Shown here: positions 10,234 through 19,211 of the stretch, one piece after another | Position numbering within the stretch: position 1 is the first letter of the stretch | How the letters are laid out: each line of letters opens with the position of its first letter | From: Acidimicrobiales bacterium | Lineage (GTDB): Bacteria; Actinomycetota; Acidimicrobiia; Acidimicrobiales; Bog-793 | Direction of reading: 5' to 3' | Assembly: GCA_050015255.1 (NCBI GenBank) | Contig: JBEKBT010000004.1 | Span: 3,551-67,550 of the forward strand | Length of the DNA: 64,000 nucleotides | Notes under the pieces: generated by a model | What the model saw: only the letters and a program-made list of their open reading frames with translations | What the model was told of the DNA's origin: nothing | The model's database searches: none | Position numbers and translations under genes: made by a program

Positions 10234-11349
10234 TCATCGCCCAGACGCGCCGCCGAGGGCGGCCGGCTGTTGCTGGGTGATGCAGTGCACATTGCCACCG
10301 CCGAGGACGATCTCACGTCCAGGCACGGTCACGACCCGGCGGTCTTCGAACACGGCTTCCAGGTTCGCTTTGGCCACGGCGTCGTTGGGGTCGTCGAAGA
10401 CTGGCATGATCACGCCGCCGTTCACGATCAGAAAGTTGAGGTACGAAGCGGCCGTCTTGTCGCCCGCCCGCCGGGGGATCGAACCCTCGGCGCTGTCGAT
10501 GCCGGCAACCTCCTCCTCGGTGAGCTCCATGATCGCCGGCATGGGTAGGGTCTCGACGCGCAAATGGCGCCCCCTGGCGTCGGTGGCCTCCTCCAGCAGG
10601 CGCAGGTTCGCCTGCAGGAGCTCGTAGCGCCAGTCGTCGGTGTCGTCGGTGATGCCGGCGAGGACCAGGCCCGGGCGCACGAAGCAGGCGACGTCGTCGA
10701 CGTGGCCGTTGGTCTCGTCGGGATCGATGCCGCGGGCCAACCAGAGGACCTTTTCGACGTTCAGGTAGTCACGCAGATAGCGCTCGATCTCCTCGCGCGA
10801 GAGCTCTGGGTTGCGTCCAGGCGAGAGCAAGCACTCCTCTGTGGTGACGACCGTGCCCTCGCCGTCGACGTGGAACGAGCCGCCCTCCATCACGAGCAGT
10901 GCCCGGTAGCGGTCGACCCGTTCGAGCTCCGCGATCTTCCGTGGCACCATCTCGTCCTTGTCCCAGGGGAAGTAGAGGCCGTCGACGAGGCCGCCCCAGG
11001 CGTTGAACCGCCAATGGACGAGACGCACGCCGCCCCTGTCGTCGACGACAAAGGTCGGACCGCAATCTCGCACCCAGGCGTCATTGCTGGAAAGCTCTAC
11101 GACCCGCACGGCCTCTGGCAGGAGATTGCGCGCGTTCTCGAACTGGTCGTCGTTGACTCCGACCGTCACCGGCTCGAATTGGGCGATGGCAGAGGCGACC
11201 TCGACCCAGGCGCGCTGCGCCGGCTTGGCGCCCAGGCGCCAGTTGTCGGGGCGTTCCGGCCAGAGCATCCAGGTCTGGGCGTGCGGCTCGAACTCGCCAG
11301 GCATGCGGAATCCGTCGGCACGGGGCGTGCTCGGGATTGTCCTGCTCAC
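10234..11349 (-). CDS. aguA: agmatine deiminase (peptidyl-arginine deiminase-like fold)
   Basis: Motifs [28 protein letters not shown] and C-terminal [13 protein letters not shown] (catalytic Cys). I set the start to GTG 11349, which is preceded by CAGGAGG. Confidence 0.85.
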   Translation of the reverse strand: MSRTIPSTPRADGFRMPGEFEPHAQTWMLWPERPDNWRLGAKPAQRAWVEVASAIAQFEPVTVGVNDDQFENARNLLPEAVRVVELSSNDAWVRDCGPTFVVDDRGGVRLVHWRFNAWGGLVDGLYFPWDKDEMVPRKIAELERVDRYRALLVMEGGSFHVDGEGTVVTTEECLLSPGRNPELSREEIERYLRDYLNVEKVLWLARGIDPDETNGHVDDVACFVRPGLVLAGITDDTDDWRYELLQANLRLLEEATDARGRHLRVETLPMPAIMELTEEEVAGIDSAEGSIPRRAGDKTAASYLNFLIVNGGVIMPVFDDPNDAVAKANLEAVFEDRRVVTVPGREIVLGGGNVHCITQQQPAALGGASGR

Positions 11350-11578
11350 TGTCTGCCTCCTGTGACGAAGACCTTCTGGAGACGCGGGCCCGGGTTGTTC
11401 CTCCGGTTCGGCACGGTCTCCGTGCCATCGGAAGTGCTGGTCGTCCCCTTGATTTGTTTGTCCGGACGGACAAACTGACCGTAGCATCAGGGTCGAGGAG
11501 GCCGGCGAGCGCATCGTCTCGAACGCCACGTCTCCTCGATCCGGCCAGGCGATGAGCTCGCCTCACGAAGACTTCGGT

Positions 11579-13258
11579 TCAGGAATCTGTGAGGCTCGAC
11601 AGGGCGAGCGAGGAGACGTCGCGACCCTGCGAGGTGAATGGCGCGGACAGCGGGCCCTGGAGAATCTCGAGTGTGCCGGTGGTCGTGACGTAGCCGAGGA
11701 CAGGCAAGGCGCCCGCGGCCGTGCCCGCGGCGACCGCCATCTGGACGACCCCGGTTGCCTCCTGGACCCAGTTGGTGGGAGTAAGGCCCTCGGCGGCGAA
11801 GAAGCTGTTTCCCGACAGGTAGCCGAGAAGAGGCGTGCCGGCAGGCCCGACAACCGCCACCGACATGGAGCTCACCGCGGTCGCCTCCTCGATCCAGCGG
11901 CCTTGTGGTGACCCGCGTCCAGCGAAGAAGGTCCCTTTGTCGGACAGATATCCCAAGAGCTCACTCGAGGGGTTACTCCCCTCGGCGAGAGCGATGGAGC
12001 GCACGTCTGAGCTCTGGGCGACGACCCAGTTTTGCCCCTCCACGCCTGACTTCACGAGGAAGGCACCGCTCGGGTGCTGAAGGCAGCCGAGCAGCGGGGG
12101 AGCAGTGCCGGCACCGCCGGCGAGCGCGATCGAGGTGACACCGCGTGCCTCGAGGGTGAAGGCGCCGTCGAGCGAGCCCTGTTCGGCGTAGAAGTTGCCG
12201 CCCGTGCTGAGATAGGCCAGGACCGGGGTTCCCGTCCCCGTCGTCGCCACGGCCATCGACTGCGCGTGCTTGGCGGCCAGAGTCCAGCTGGTGGACGAAG
12301 CCGGCTTCACGAAGAAGTTGCCGTCCTTGTCGATGTAGCCGTAGATCGCATCGCCGTTGGTTCCGATCGCCCCCGCGCCGCCGGCCGTCGCGATGGGGCC
12401 TGCACCGGTCGCGACGAGCTCGTAGGCGTTGCCGGGCGCGGCGATCCGTGCCTCGAAGCCGGCGGGACCGGTGAAGCCGACCAGCGGCCGCTGGAAGGTC
12501 CAGGCGGGGTTGTGGAGCCAGCCGCTCACACCGTCGCCGACCACCCAGTCGTTGACGGGATAAGTTGCCCATCCGTCGTTGCCGGACCCGCCGTTCTGCT
12601 GGATGATGGTGATCGTCCCGTTGCCCTGAGCGTCCACGGCGTTCGCCGTCACAACAGCCGTGTGCCCGTAGATGTTCTCTGGGGTGCGGGCGACGGATAT
12701 GACGTCGCCTGGCTGTGGGACAGCTCCGAGCGTGCCGTTCTCGACGACTACGAGTTGAGGTCCGTTCGGGTTGTACTCGGCTCCGTTGTCGCCGAGGTCG
12801 TAGTTGCGCACGACGTCCCAACCATTGGCCGGGTAGGGGTTCACGCCCCATGCGAGGTACATCCAACGCATGGACAGCTCGACGCACTCCCATTCGAGCT
12901 CGCCCCAGGCTCCGGGGAAGAAGGACACCGGATGGTCGCTGCCGCCTTGGGTCGGCCCGGGGCCGCAGGCCACGAGACCGTGCCAGGAGGCGCCGAGAGG
13001 ATGCGAACCTGGGTAGTTGGTCGGGTCGCAGGTGCCACCCTGCCACCAACCGGGTGTTCCGACGACTCTCCTGGTGGTGAGATGAGCAGACGTGACCTTT
13101 GCAAGTGGGACGGGCTGTCTGCCGGCGGCGCCGGCCTTGGTCGGGCCCAGCGGGCCGAGGAACTCAAGGGCGATGAGCAGCGCCACGGACATGGCGAGGA
13201 GAGGTGGGACCCATCGGACCCGAGTTCTCGTCGCTTGTGTGGGCACGCCTGCGGCCAT
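11579..13258 (-). CDS. secreted CHAP-domain peptidoglycan amidase/peptidase fused to a repeat (beta-propeller-like) domain
   Basis: N-terminal hydrophobic signal/anchor (VPPLLAMSVALLIALEFLG). CHAP-like core with Cys (WECVELSMRW) and His (IYGHTAVV). The C-terminal half has about 6-7 repeats of roughly 45 aa containing GYL(S/T)xxGxFF. Confidence 0.75.
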   Translation of the reverse strand: MAAGVPTQATRTRVRWVPPLLAMSVALLIALEFLGPLGPTKAGAAGRQPVPLAKVTSAHLTTRRVVGTPGWWQGGTCDPTNYPGSHPLGASWHGLVACGPGPTQGGSDHPVSFFPGAWGELEWECVELSMRWMYLAWGVNPYPANGWDVVRNYDLGDNGAEYNPNGPQLVVVENGTLGAVPQPGDVISVARTPENIYGHTAVVTANAVDAQGNGTITIIQQNGGSGNDGWATYPVNDWVVGDGVSGWLHNPAWTFQRPLVGFTGPAGFEARIAAPGNAYELVATGAGPIATAGGAGAIGTNGDAIYGYIDKDGNFFVKPASSTSWTLAAKHAQSMAVATTGTGTPVLAYLSTGGNFYAEQGSLDGAFTLEARGVTSIALAGGAGTAPPLLGCLQHPSGAFLVKSGVEGQNWVVAQSSDVRSIALAEGSNPSSELLGYLSDKGTFFAGRGSPQGRWIEEATAVSSMSVAVVGPAGTPLLGYLSGNSFFAAEGLTPTNWVQEATGVVQMAVAAGTAAGALPVLGYVTTTGTLEILQGPLSAPFTSQGRDVSSLALSSLTDS

Positions 13259-13407
13259 CGTTCCCTCGCTCCCGCATGGTCCTCAGGTGGAAAAAGCTGT
13301 TCCGTAACCATCGGCACCGGTGGGAACGACATTTAGGAACAGGGCGCTGGGCCGTCTGCGACATCGGTGGGGTGTGGCGCGCTCAGTTCCAGAGCCCGGG
13401 ACAGGAT

Positions 13408-14949
13408 CTAGAGCTTCGCCGTGTCCTCAGAGGTCCGTTCCCACCTCCTCGAACGCTCGAGCGCCGCCCGCCAGGCCGCGTAGTCTGCGTCCGCCCGAGC
13501 GCGCCTCGGCGTCGGTTCGAATACCTCGCCGCCGGCTGTCAAGCCGCGCAGCTCCTCGAGCGAGCTCCAGACGCCCTCGGCGAGCCCGGCGAGCATGGCG
13601 GCGCCCAGGGCGGTGACCTCGGTGGTGCGGGGCCTGGCGACAGGCACCCCGCACTGATCTGCCTGGATCTCCAACAGCAGGTCCATCGCCGAGGCTCCGC
13701 CGTCGGCACGCAGCTGGCGCGAGGATCGACCCGCGGCGTGGTCCATTGCCACGAGAACGTCACGGCACTGGTAGGCGGCAGCCTCGACTGCGGCCCGGGC
13801 AAGATGCGCTCGCCCGGTTCCCCTCGATATGCCCACGATCGTGCCCCGCGCCTGTGCGTCCCACCAGGGGCTGCCAAGGCCTGTGAACGCGGGGACGAGG
13901 TACACGCCGCCGTTGTCGGGGATCTCGTGGGCGAGGAATCCCGCCTCTGCAACCTCGCCTATCAAGCCGAGGCCGTCGCGCAGCCACTGGATCGTGGCCC
14001 CGGAAGAGAAGATGGCACCTTCGAGCGCGTAGGTGAAGCTTTCGCAGCCGCCCGAAGGCGCGTGATCTCCGAGGTCCCAGGCGACCGTGGTCAGAAGGCC
14101 TTCGGCCGGTCGAGGTTTGCGCGAGCCGATGTTCATGAGGATGAAGCTTCCGGTCCCATAGGTGACCTTGGTGTCCCCGGGCGAATAGCAGCCGTGCCCG
14201 AACAGGGCCGCCTGCTGGTCGCCTGCCATCCCGCTCACCGGCACGCCGCGCAGAGTGCCGCCGGCTACGCCGGCCGCCACGGTGCCGTACCTGCAGGCGG
14301 AGGGGCGGACTTCCCCAAGCGCCTGGAGCGGCACGCGGAGGATCTCGCACAACTCCGTTGACCACGATCGCCGCTCGATGTCGTAACAAAGTGTGCGACT
14401 GGCATTGGAAGGGTCGGTGACGTGCGCGCCAGCCCCGGCTCCTCCAGTCAGGTTCCAGCAGATCCAGTCGTCGACCGTCCCGAGGGCGAGCGAACCACTC
14501 AGCTCGACCCCACCCTGCTCGAGCATCCAGGACCACTTCGTGCCCGAGAAGTAGGGGTCGAGCACGAGCCCGGTGCGTTCCCGTACGAGCGGGAGGAGGC
14601 CCGCTTCGACGAGCTCGGCACATCGTCGCGTCGTCCGGCGGTCTTGCCAGACGATGGCCCGATGAGACGGCCGCCCCGTGGAGCGGTCCCAGGCCACCGC
14701 CGTCTCACGTTGGTTGGCAATCCCGATCGCGGCCGGGGTGAGAGAACGATCGGCCAGCTCTGAGCACAGTTCCGCCAGCGTCGTCTCGACGAGGCGCCAG
14801 ATCTCGCCGGCGTCGTGCTCGACAAGTCCGGGGGCGGGGAAGTACTGAGGTAGCTCGCGATAAGAGGTGGCCAGCACGTCGCAGTTCTCGTCGATTGCAA
14901 GCGCTCGCACTCCGGAGGTACCGGCATCGATCGCGATGACCACAGCCAC
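13408..14949 (-). CDS. glpK: glycerol kinase (FGGY family)
   Basis: 513 aa. Motifs IAIDAGTSGVRA, IGIANQRETAVAWD, GDQQAALFGHGC and TYGTGSF. The start codon is GTG. Confidence 0.92.
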   Translation of the reverse strand: MAVVIAIDAGTSGVRALAIDENCDVLATSYRELPQYFPAPGLVEHDAGEIWRLVETTLAELCSELADRSLTPAAIGIANQRETAVAWDRSTGRPSHRAIVWQDRRTTRRCAELVEAGLLPLVRERTGLVLDPYFSGTKWSWMLEQGGVELSGSLALGTVDDWICWNLTGGAGAGAHVTDPSNASRTLCYDIERRSWSTELCEILRVPLQALGEVRPSACRYGTVAAGVAGGTLRGVPVSGMAGDQQAALFGHGCYSPGDTKVTYGTGSFILMNIGSRKPRPAEGLLTTVAWDLGDHAPSGGCESFTYALEGAIFSSGATIQWLRDGLGLIGEVAEAGFLAHEIPDNGGVYLVPAFTGLGSPWWDAQARGTIVGISRGTGRAHLARAAVEAAAYQCRDVLVAMDHAAGRSSRQLRADGGASAMDLLLEIQADQCGVPVARPRTTEVTALGAAMLAGLAEGVWSSLEELRGLTAGGEVFEPTPRRARADADYAAWRAALERSRRWERTSEDTAKL

Positions 14950-15064
14950 AGCGGCACAGTAGCCGCCAGGCTACGCGCTTTGCGGTGACTTCTGGTTGCG
15001 CTTGCAAGCAACTGAGAACCTTCGCGAGCGGCCCGTGAGCAGGGACGACGAGGCCCGCCGTCCA

Positions 15065-15094
15065 TTGACACGGCGGTAACTACGGTGTTGTAAT
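15065..15094 (+). promoter_or_regulatory. candidate sigma-70-type promoter for nrdJ
   Basis: TTGACA (15065-15070), an 18-nt spacer, then TGTAAT (15089-15094), in an AT-richer patch about 125 nt upstream of the nrdJ start. Identified by eye only. Confidence 0.4.
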
Positions 15095-15126
15095 TATCAC
15101 CTATCTGGTAGCCGGCTTAGTCGGCA

Positions 15127-15142
15127 CCACAAGATATTGTGG
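15127..15142. promoter_or_regulatory. NrdR box
   Basis: CCACAAGATATTGTGG is a near-perfect 16-bp palindrome. It matches the NrdR-box pattern acaCwAtATaTwGtgt at about 13/16 positions and sits between the candidate promoter and the nrdJ start. Confidence 0.65.
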
Positions 15143-15217
15143 TATGAACGGATCCGGCGCGTGCCGGCAAACGATCGCAGGTGGCAGGCAAGTTCCGCCA
15201 AGGAGGGAAGCATTCAA

Positions 15218-18200
15218 ATGGCCGTCGCAGGAGAGTGCCTCGGAATCGGCATCAACCGGCACTTCACCACGGAGAGGCAGCATCCTTACGACGAGGTCGT
15301 CTGGGAGCGGCGTGACTCGCGGATCACCGACTACCGCACTGGTGCGGTCGCCTTCGAGCAGCCGGGCGTGGAAGTGCCCTCGACGTGGAGCCTCAATGCG
15401 ACCAACATCCTCGCTCAGAAGTACTTCAGGGGCACCGTCGGCAGCGTCGAACGGGAGTTCTCGCTCCGCCAGGTGGTGGACCGCGTCGTCGACACGATCA
15501 CTGCCTGGGGCCTGAAGGACGGCTATTTCGTGGATGCTGCCGAAGCGGCCACGTTCAGCGACGAGCTCAAGCACCTCATCGTGCAGCAGAAGGCGGCGTT
15601 CAACTCCCCTGTCTGGTTCAACATCGGCGTGGACGGCGTACCCCAGCAGGCCGCCGCGTGCCAGCCGTACGACTCCCTCGTGTCGACGCCTGATGGGCTT
15701 GTTCCGATTGGGCGTCTCGTCGAGGACGCTGAGATTGGCAGGAAAGTGTTCGATTCCAATGGAGTGACGCGGATCGTGGCGGTTAAGGCCAATGGGCGCA
15801 AGCACGTGGTACGCATAACCACGAAGTCCGGTCACCAGCTTGACGTCACTGGTGACCACCTCGTGTGGCGGGCAAGTGGAGAGGGCGCCGGCCGGTTCGT
15901 TCCTGCCGCGGAGCTCAAGGTCGGAGACCAGCTGAGCTGGCATCGGACCGATGACTCGGGTGAGGGAGAAATATCGAGGCGTTGCATCGCTGAGGCTGCG
16001 CTTGCCGGTTGGCTTCAGTCTGATGGGTTCTGCGGCCGGTACGACGGAACGAATCGATCGCTCACGATTGGGGCAATGACAGTGACGCCCGCTGAACTCG
16101 ACTGGGTGACACAGCTTCTCGACGTTGTTTTCCCCGACGTGCATCGTCACGAGCGGCTCGTGAGGACAAGGGATGAGACTCTCGATTGTCGGCGAACGCG
16201 ACTCTACGGACGTGCACTCGAGGACTTCGTGGGCCGCTGGGAACTCGAGGAGCGCGGGGCTGAGATGTCAGTTCCCTCTCAGCTGTACTCGGCGCCGCTG
16301 GTTGTGGTGGCTGCGTACTTGAGGAGCCTGTTCCAAGCCGAAGGATCCGTGTCGGTGCGCGACAAGGCTGCGGTAATCAGTCTGAGCATGATTTCCGAGC
16401 GGATCGTACGTGGCGTGCAGGCGCTGTTGGCTCGTTTCGGCATATTCGCCCGCGTGTCCTTCAGGCCAGATCGTCGTTCAGACAGGCATGGGTGCTTCAA
16501 TCTCTCCATTCGATCATTAGGTGACCGATACACCTTTGCGAATGAAATTGGTTTTGTCGATTCACGCAAGGCCGACAAGCTAGCTGCCTCTCTTGAGCTT
16601 CCCGGGCTCGTGGCTCACCCGTCAAAGCGTCTCGAGATCGGGTCCATTGAGGACATCGGTGAGATGGATGTCTATGACATCCAGACTGAGAGCGGTGAAT
16701 ACCTGAGTACTGGGCTTCGTGTCCACAACTGTTTCATCCTCGGCGTCGAGGACTCGATGGCGTCGATTCTGAACTGGTACGTAGAGGAGGGCACCATCTT
16801 CAAAGGTGGATCAGGCGCGGGCGTCAACCTCTCGAACATCCGCTCCTCGCGGGAGCTTCTCAACGGCGGTGGGACGGCGTCGGGGCCAGTGAGCTTCATG
16901 CGTGGAGCAGACGCCTCGGCCGGGACGATCAAGTCCGGGGGGAAGACCCGTCGTGCCGCGAAGATGGTGATCCTGGATGTCGATCATCCCGATATCAAGG
17001 AGTTCATCTGGTGCAAGGCGCGCGAGGAGCGCAAGGCGCGTGTGTTGGCCCAGGCCGGTTTCGACATGGATCTCGACGGGCGCGACAGTCAGTCGGTTCA
17101 GTACCAGAACGCCAACAACTCGGTCCGGGTGAGCGACGAGTTCATGCGGGCGGTGCTCGACGACAGGGACTGGGACCTCATGGGGCGCACCACGGGTCAG
17201 ACCGTCGAGACGGTGAGGGCACGGGACCTGTTTCGCCAGATCGCTGAGGCCGCGTGGGAGTGCGCCGATCCGGGGCTGCAGTTCGACACGACGATCAACA
17301 AGTGGCACACGGCACCCAACACGGGCCGTATCTCGGCGAGCAACCCGTGCTCGGAATACGTGCACCTCGACAACAGCAGCTGCAACCTCGCCAGCTTGAA
17401 TCTCCTGAGGTTCCTGAACGACGACGACAGCTTCGACGTCGAGGGGTTCCAGGCCGCGGTGGCGGTGGTGTTCACGGCTCAGGAGATCCTCGTCGGCAAC
17501 GCCGACTACCCGACCGAGAAGATCGCCGAGACGACACGACGATTCCGAGAGCTCGGGCTCGGTTACGCCAACCTCGGGGCGCTGCTCATGGCCCTCGGCG
17601 TGCCGTACGACTCCGACGAAGGTCGCGCCATGACGGCGTCGATCACGGCGCTGATGACGGGCGCGGCATATGTGACCTCGGCTCGCACGGCAGCGCGGAT
17701 GGGACCATTCGCCGGCTTCCACGAGAACTCAGGCCCGATGCTGGACGTGTTGAGGATGCACCGGCGCGAGGTGGCCAAGATCGACGAGGAACAGGTGCCC
17801 ACGGAGCTTCTCTGCGCGGCCCAAGAGGCCTGGGACACCGCAGTCGAGCTGGCCGAGGTGCACGCCGTTCGCAATTCGCAGGCGACGGTGCTCGCGCCCA
17901 CCGGCACGATCTCGTTCCTGATGGACTGCGACACGACGGGCATCGAACCTGACCTCGGGCTCGTGAAGACGAAGAAGCTCGTCGGTGGGGGGACGATGTC
18001 GATTGTCAACCAGACCGTTCCCCGGGCTCTGAGGCGGCTGGGCTACAGCCCGGACGAGGTCGCGGAGATCGTCGCCTACATCGACGAGCGCAAGACGATC
18101 GTGGGCGCGCCGAATCTCCGCTCGGAGCATCTGCCGGTATTTGCCTGTTCGATGGGCGACAACACGATCCACTATCTGGGCCACGTGAAGATGATGGCGG

Positions 18201-19165
18201 CGGCACAGCCGTTCATCTCGGGTGCGATCTCCAAGACGGTGAACCTCCCCGAGGAGGTCACGGTCGAAGATATCGAGCAGTTGCACATCGACGCCTGGGA
18301 GACGGGTCTGAAGGCGGTCGCCATCTACCGCGACAACTGCAAGGTCGCGCAACCGATTGCAACGACGAAACGGGTGGGAGCCGAAGCACCGCTCGGGGCT
18401 GACGAGGAGGACGACATGGCCGGCAGTGGCGGGACGGGAGAGATGCACGTTCGTGAGGCTGCGCTGCTCGAGCGCGTGGCCGAGCTCGAGGGTGCACTGC
18501 AGGCGAGGCACGTGACGGCCCCCGCCACGACGACGCGCACGAGGTTGCCCCGCAAGCGTCGCTCCAACACCTTCGCCTTCCGGGTCGCCGACTGCGAGGG
18601 CTACGTCACCGTCGGCGAGTACGAGGACGGACGGCCCGGTGAAGTCTTCATGAAGGTGTCCAAGCAGGGCTCGACCTTGTCGGGTGTCATGGATGCCTTC
18701 TCCATTGCCGTCAGCCTCGGGCTCCAGCACGGCGTGCCTTTGTCGACCTTCGTCCGCAAGTACACGAACATTCGTTTCGAGCCGGCGGGGATCACCGACG
18801 ACCCGGAGCTGCGGTTGGCTTCGAGCCTCGTCGACTACATATTCCGGCGCCTTGCCCTCGACTACCTGAGCTTCGACGAGAGGCTCGAGCTGGGGGTGCT
18901 CTCGACGGGGGAGCGGACCCAACCGACGCTGCCAGGTCTGGAGGATGTCGACAACGGTCAGGCGGCCAGGACCGACCGGGAGCGCTTTGGCGCCGGGGGT
19001 GACGCCGCCTCCGCCCGCCACCTGGGTGATGCCGAGGTGCTGCGCCCGGCGGGGCAGATGGAGACGAAGGATGCTCCCTTCTGTTACGCCTGCGGCAACG
19101 TCATGCAGCGTGCCGGCTCGTGCTATGCGTGCCCGAGCTGTGGAGCGACGAGCGGCTGCTCATAA
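15218..19165 (+). CDS. nrdJ: adenosylcobalamin-dependent (class II) ribonucleotide reductase, intein-containing
   Basis: Extein motifs NATNILAQKYFRG, FNSPVWFNIGV, CFILGVEDSMASI and ASNPCSEYVHLDNSSCNLASLNL. The C-terminal tail is Cys-rich (CYACGNVMQRAGSCYACPSCG). ATG 15218 is preceded by AAGGAGGG. One 357-aa intein interrupts the ...QQAAA/CFILGVED junction. Confidence 0.92.
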   Translation: MAVAGECLGIGINRHFTTERQHPYDEVVWERRDSRITDYRTGAVAFEQPGVEVPSTWSLNATNILAQKYFRGTVGSVEREFSLRQVVDRVVDTITAWGLKDGYFVDAAEAATFSDELKHLIVQQKAAFNSPVWFNIGVDGVPQQAAACQPYDSLVSTPDGLVPIGRLVEDAEIGRKVFDSNGVTRIVAVKANGRKHVVRITTKSGHQLDVTGDHLVWRASGEGAGRFVPAAELKVGDQLSWHRTDDSGEGEISRRCIAEAALAGWLQSDGFCGRYDGTNRSLTIGAMTVTPAELDWVTQLLDVVFPDVHRHERLVRTRDETLDCRRTRLYGRALEDFVGRWELEERGAEMSVPSQLYSAPLVVVAAYLRSLFQAEGSVSVRDKAAVISLSMISERIVRGVQALLARFGIFARVSFRPDRRSDRHGCFNLSIRSLGDRYTFANEIGFVDSRKADKLAASLELPGLVAHPSKRLEIGSIEDIGEMDVYDIQTESGEYLSTGLRVHNCFILGVEDSMASILNWYVEEGTIFKGGSGAGVNLSNIRSSRELLNGGGTASGPVSFMRGADASAGTIKSGGKTRRAAKMVILDVDHPDIKEFIWCKAREERKARVLAQAGFDMDLDGRDSQSVQYQNANNSVRVSDEFMRAVLDDRDWDLMGRTTGQTVETVRARDLFRQIAEAAWECADPGLQFDTTINKWHTAPNTGRISASNPCSEYVHLDNSSCNLASLNLLRFLNDDDSFDVEGFQAAVAVVFTAQEILVGNADYPTEKIAETTRRFRELGLGYANLGALLMALGVPYDSDEGRAMTASITALMTGAAYVTSARTAARMGPFAGFHENSGPMLDVLRMHRREVAKIDEEQVPTELLCAAQEAWDTAVELAEVHAVRNSQATVLAPTGTISFLMDCDTTGIEPDLGLVKTKKLVGGGTMSIVNQTVPRALRRLGYSPDEVAEIVAYIDERKTIVGAPNLRSEHLPVFACSMGDNTIHYLGHVKMMAAAQPFISGAISKTVNLPEEVTVEDIEQLHIDAWETGLKAVAIYRDNCKVAQPIATTKRVGAEAPLGADEEDDMAGSGGTGEMHVREAALLERVAELEGALQARHVTAPATTTRTRLPRKRRSNTFAFRVADCEGYVTVGEYEDGRPGEVFMKVSKQGSTLSGVMDAFSIAVSLGLQHGVPLSTFVRKYTNIRFEPAGITDDPELRLASSLVDYIFRRLALDYLSFDERLELGVLSTGERTQPTLPGLEDVDNGQAARTDRERFGAGGDAASARHLGDAEVLRPAGQMETKDAPFCYACGNVMQRAGSCYACPSCGATSGCS
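15659..16729 (+). mobile_element. intein (357 aa) with LAGLIDADG homing-endonuclease domain in nrdJ
   Basis: The intein starts with Cys (CQPYDSLVSTPDG). Block B is VTGDHLVW. The two LAGLIDADG-like motifs are LAGWLQSDGF and VAAYLRSLFQAEGS. It ends MDVYDIQTESGEYLSTGLRVHN and is followed by the +1 Cys of CFILGVED. Length is 1071 nt, in frame. Confidence 0.9.
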
Positions 19166-19174
19166 CGCACTGAG

Positions 19175-19211
19175 AACGCTCGGTGATCGACGAGGTCGAT
19201 CACCGAGCGTT
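19175..19211. terminator. bidirectional intrinsic-terminator-like hairpin between convergent nrdJ and the acetyltransferase gene
   Basis: Perfect 17-bp inverted repeat AACGCTCGGTGATCGAC / GTCGATCACCGAGCGTT with a 3-nt loop (GAG). It starts 10 nt after the nrdJ stop and overlaps the stop codon of the minus-strand gene. It has no clear U-tract. Confidence 0.6.

Noticed and set aside
13259-13407. ydaO/c-di-AMP-type riboswitch upstream of the CHAP cell-wall hydrolase gene.
   Set aside because: I looked for this because such leaders often precede actinobacterial wall hydrolases. I could not find the conserved ydaO core segments or a convincing pseudo-symmetric fold in the 149-nt gap.
15084-15101. 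Second NrdR box (GGTGTTGTAATTATCACC) upstream of the clear one.
   Set aside because: It is an inverted repeat, but its polarity is GTG...CAC rather than the CAC...GTG of the NrdR consensus. It overlaps my candidate -10 element, and its centre lies about 42 bp from the good box rather than the usual ~31-32 bp. I did not call it an NrdR site.
14950-15217. Possible cobalamin riboswitch upstream of the B12-dependent nrdJ.
   Set aside because: No GGGAA...CCGGUGAA...CCCGC core or B12 box is present. B12 riboswitches normally repress B12-independent isozymes, not nrdJ. The region instead contains an NrdR-type palindrome.
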